Part shown: positions 61,981-64,000 of the stretch, piece after piece
How the letters are laid out: the number at the start of each line of letters is the position of its first letter
Position numbering within the stretch: the stretch's first letter is position 1
Translations under genes and position numbers: made by a program
Notes under the pieces: generated by a model
Database searches by the model: none
What the model saw: only the letters and a program-made list of their open reading frames with translations
What the model was told of the DNA's origin: nothing
Assembly: GCA_027021705.1 (NCBI GenBank)
Contig: JALUTT010000010.1
Coordinates: 1 to 64,000 of the forward strand
From: Anaerolineae bacterium
Lineage (GTDB): Bacteria; Chloroflexota; Anaerolineae; S140-20
Direction: 5' to 3'
Length of the DNA stretch: 64,000 bases

Positions 61981-63660
61981 CTACGCCTCCCGCAGCGTCG
62001 CCAGGGCCTGGGGCAGGCGGGGCAGCAGGTCGCCGGCCACCCCCCCGGCCGGCCCGATCTCTTGTCGGACCAGCTCCCCGGCCAACCCGTGCAGGTAGGC
62101 CCCCGCCAGGGCCGCCGCGAAGGGTTCCAGTCCTTGGGCCAGGAGGCCGACGATAGCCCCCGCCAGCACGTCGCCCGTGCCCGCCGTGGCCAGCGCCGGA
62201 TTGGCGAAGGGGAGGAGCGCGAGGCGACCGTTGGGATCGGCGATGACGGTGTGGGCTCCCTTGAGGACCAGGACGACCCCCCACGTCTCGGCCATCCGGG
62301 CTGCGACGCCCAGCCGGTCCGCCTGGACCTCGGCCGTCTTCACCCCCATCAGCCGGGCCATCTCCCCCGGGTGGGGCGTCAGGATGGCGGGGCGGGGCAG
62401 CCGCTCCCACCAGCCCTCCACATCCACCAGGGCGTTCAGCCCGTCGGCGTCAATGACCAGGGGGGGCAGGGGGAAGGGGGGACCGGCGGACCCGCCCTTC
62501 TCGGCCTTCTCGCCGGCCCGGAAGCCGATGGAGCCCCGTTTGGGAGCCGGCTCCACCCCCAGCAGCCGTCGGACGAAGGTGACGGTCGGCTCCTCGTGGG
62601 TGAGGCCGGAGCCGACCAGCAGCGCCCGGTAGTTGCCGATCCAGTCGGCCAGGACGGGGATCGCCTCGGGGCTGATGACGCCCAGGTCGTGGGGCAGTAG
62701 GATGTAAGTGGTCTCGGTGAGGTGGGCGGCGACGGCCGGCTGGATGGGCTGGGGCAGGGCCATAGTCACCAGGCCGGCCCCCACCCGCGTCGCGGCCCCG
62801 CCGGCCAGACAGGCCGCGCCCACGTAGTTGACCGATCCGGCCACGATGAGGGCCCGCCCAAAGCTCCCCTTGTGGGCGCCGGCGGGACGGGGAGGGAGCA
62901 GGTCGGCGATCATCGGCCCGGTGGCCACCTCCAAGCCGACCCCCTCGGCCAGGGCCGGGTCGGTGCCGATGTCGGCCACGACCAACTCGCCCAGCGCTCC
63001 GGCGGCCGGAAACAGGAAGTGGCCCCGCTTGGGGTAGGCGAAGGTGACGGTGAGGTGGGCGGGCAGGGCGTTGGGGTCCATCTCGCCCGTGTCGTAGTCC
63101 ATCCCGCTGGGGCCGTCCACGGCGACGATGGCAGGGCCTGCCGGGAGGGGGGCGGGATGGGCGAGGGCGGTGAGCCGTCGGGCACGGGCGGTCCGGCGTC
63201 GGGCGTCGAGTTCCTGGCGCACCACCTCGACCACCCCGGCGATGGTGCCCCGCAGCGGGGGGCGGGCGCCGGTGCCCAGGAGGGCGTCCACGATGATCCC
63301 GGCCTCCCGCACCCACCGGCGGAGCACCTTTCCCCCTTCATCCTCGCCGGCCAGCACGGTGGGGACCTGCCGCTCCCGGACGGCCTGGAGGTTGGCGTCG
63401 TCGGCGGGGCGGGGGCGGGTCAGGTAGCAGCGCACGTCGGCGCCGGCGTCGGCCAGGTGGCGGGCGGCCACCAGCCCATCGCCGCCATTGTTGCCCGGCC
63501 CCACCAGCACCAGCAGGGTCTGGCCGGCCACCTCCCACCGTTGGCGGATCGCCTCGGCCACGCCCAGGCCGGCCTCTTCCATCATCTTTGCATAGGTGTG
63601 CCCTTGGGCGTCCGAGGCCCGTTCGATGGCACGCATCTCCTCGACGGTCACGACCTTCAT
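61981..63660 (-). CDS. nnr: Bifunctional NAD(P)H-hydrate epimerase/dehydratase
   Basis: GPGNNGGDG, DALLGTG, HKGSFG, DADGLN, TPHPGEM, AGTGDVLAG. Confidence 0.96.
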   Translation of the reverse strand: MKVVTVEEMRAIERASDAQGHTYAKMMEEAGLGVAEAIRQRWEVAGQTLLVLVGPGNNGGDGLVAARHLADAGADVRCYLTRPRPADDANLQAVRERQVPTVLAGEDEGGKVLRRWVREAGIIVDALLGTGARPPLRGTIAGVVEVVRQELDARRRTARARRLTALAHPAPLPAGPAIVAVDGPSGMDYDTGEMDPNALPAHLTVTFAYPKRGHFLFPAAGALGELVVADIGTDPALAEGVGLEVATGPMIADLLPPRPAGAHKGSFGRALIVAGSVNYVGAACLAGGAATRVGAGLVTMALPQPIQPAVAAHLTETTYILLPHDLGVISPEAIPVLADWIGNYRALLVGSGLTHEEPTVTFVRRLLGVEPAPKRGSIGFRAGEKAEKGGSAGPPFPLPPLVIDADGLNALVDVEGWWERLPRPAILTPHPGEMARLMGVKTAEVQADRLGVAARMAETWGVVLVLKGAHTVIADPNGRLALLPFANPALATAGTGDVLAGAIVGLLAQGLEPFAAALAGAYLHGLAGELVRQEIGPAGGVAGDLLPRLPQALATLREA

Positions 63661-63678
63661 CGCTTCCCACCTCCTTCG

Positions 63679-64000
63679 CTAGGAGTCTGGCGCCTGTTCG
63701 GGACGCACGACCAGCACCGGACGGCGGGTGTGGAGCAGCACCTGCTCGGTGACGTTAGGCAGGGCGAGGCGTTGCCAGGGGGAGACGGCCCAAGCCGATC
63801 CCACCACCAGCAGGTCCTCATCCTGTTCGTAGGCGACTCGCAACACCTCCCGCTCCGGCAGTCCGTAGGCGAGCTGCAGCTCGACGGGGAGGCCCATCGC
63901 TGTGAGGAGGGCCGCCCCTTCCCGCAGGGCCCGGGCCTCTTCTGTGTCGCTCTCCAGGAAGTCGGCCAGCGACTCGCTCACCTGGGGGAGGCCGGTGTAC
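63679..64000 (-). CDS. Universal stress protein, C-terminal part (5' end outside window)
   Basis: DLLVVGS..NVTEQVLLHTRRPVLVV. Confidence 0.88.
   Translation of the reverse strand, partial: YTGLPQVSESLADFLESDTEEARALREGAALLTAMGLPVELQLAYGLPEREVLRVAYEQDEDLLVVGSAWAVSPWQRLALPNVTEQVLLHTRRPVLVVRPEQAPDS

Overview
GC-rich core-genome window from a Chloroflexota bacterium, probably Anaerolineae-like and thermophilic (judged by eye from 16S signatures, GC-rich rRNA helices and gene content). It contains a full rRNA operon (16S-tRNA-Ile-tRNA-Ala-23S-5S). Housekeeping genes include rnd, mgtE, metH, secG, pncA, lysS, greA, murA, cca, priA, gmk, tmk, bfr and nnr. There is also a MarR-ABC exporter, signalling proteins and two surface proteins. 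No CRISPR array or intact transposase is present. Most notable observations: (1) a probable operon at 17016-27236 with a translin-like nuclease, a Cas4-like nuclease split over two genes that each carry a membrane anchor, a 1910-aa membrane protein, a heptamer-flanked four-helix-bundle gene and a PrsW protease; (2) an unannotated ~110-nt sRNA candidate with its own promoter and terminator, whose 11-bp-periodic operator is shared with a response-regulator promoter; (3) a branched structured leader upstream of mgtE; (4) an Rpn nuclease with an internal start for a small in-frame antitoxin; (5) several dispersed repeat families (MITE-like, REP-like, 7/8-mer arrays), some forming 5' UTRs or supplying stop codons; (6) a consensus promoter inside the 16S-23S spacer. 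All calls are from manual reading; no database searches were run.
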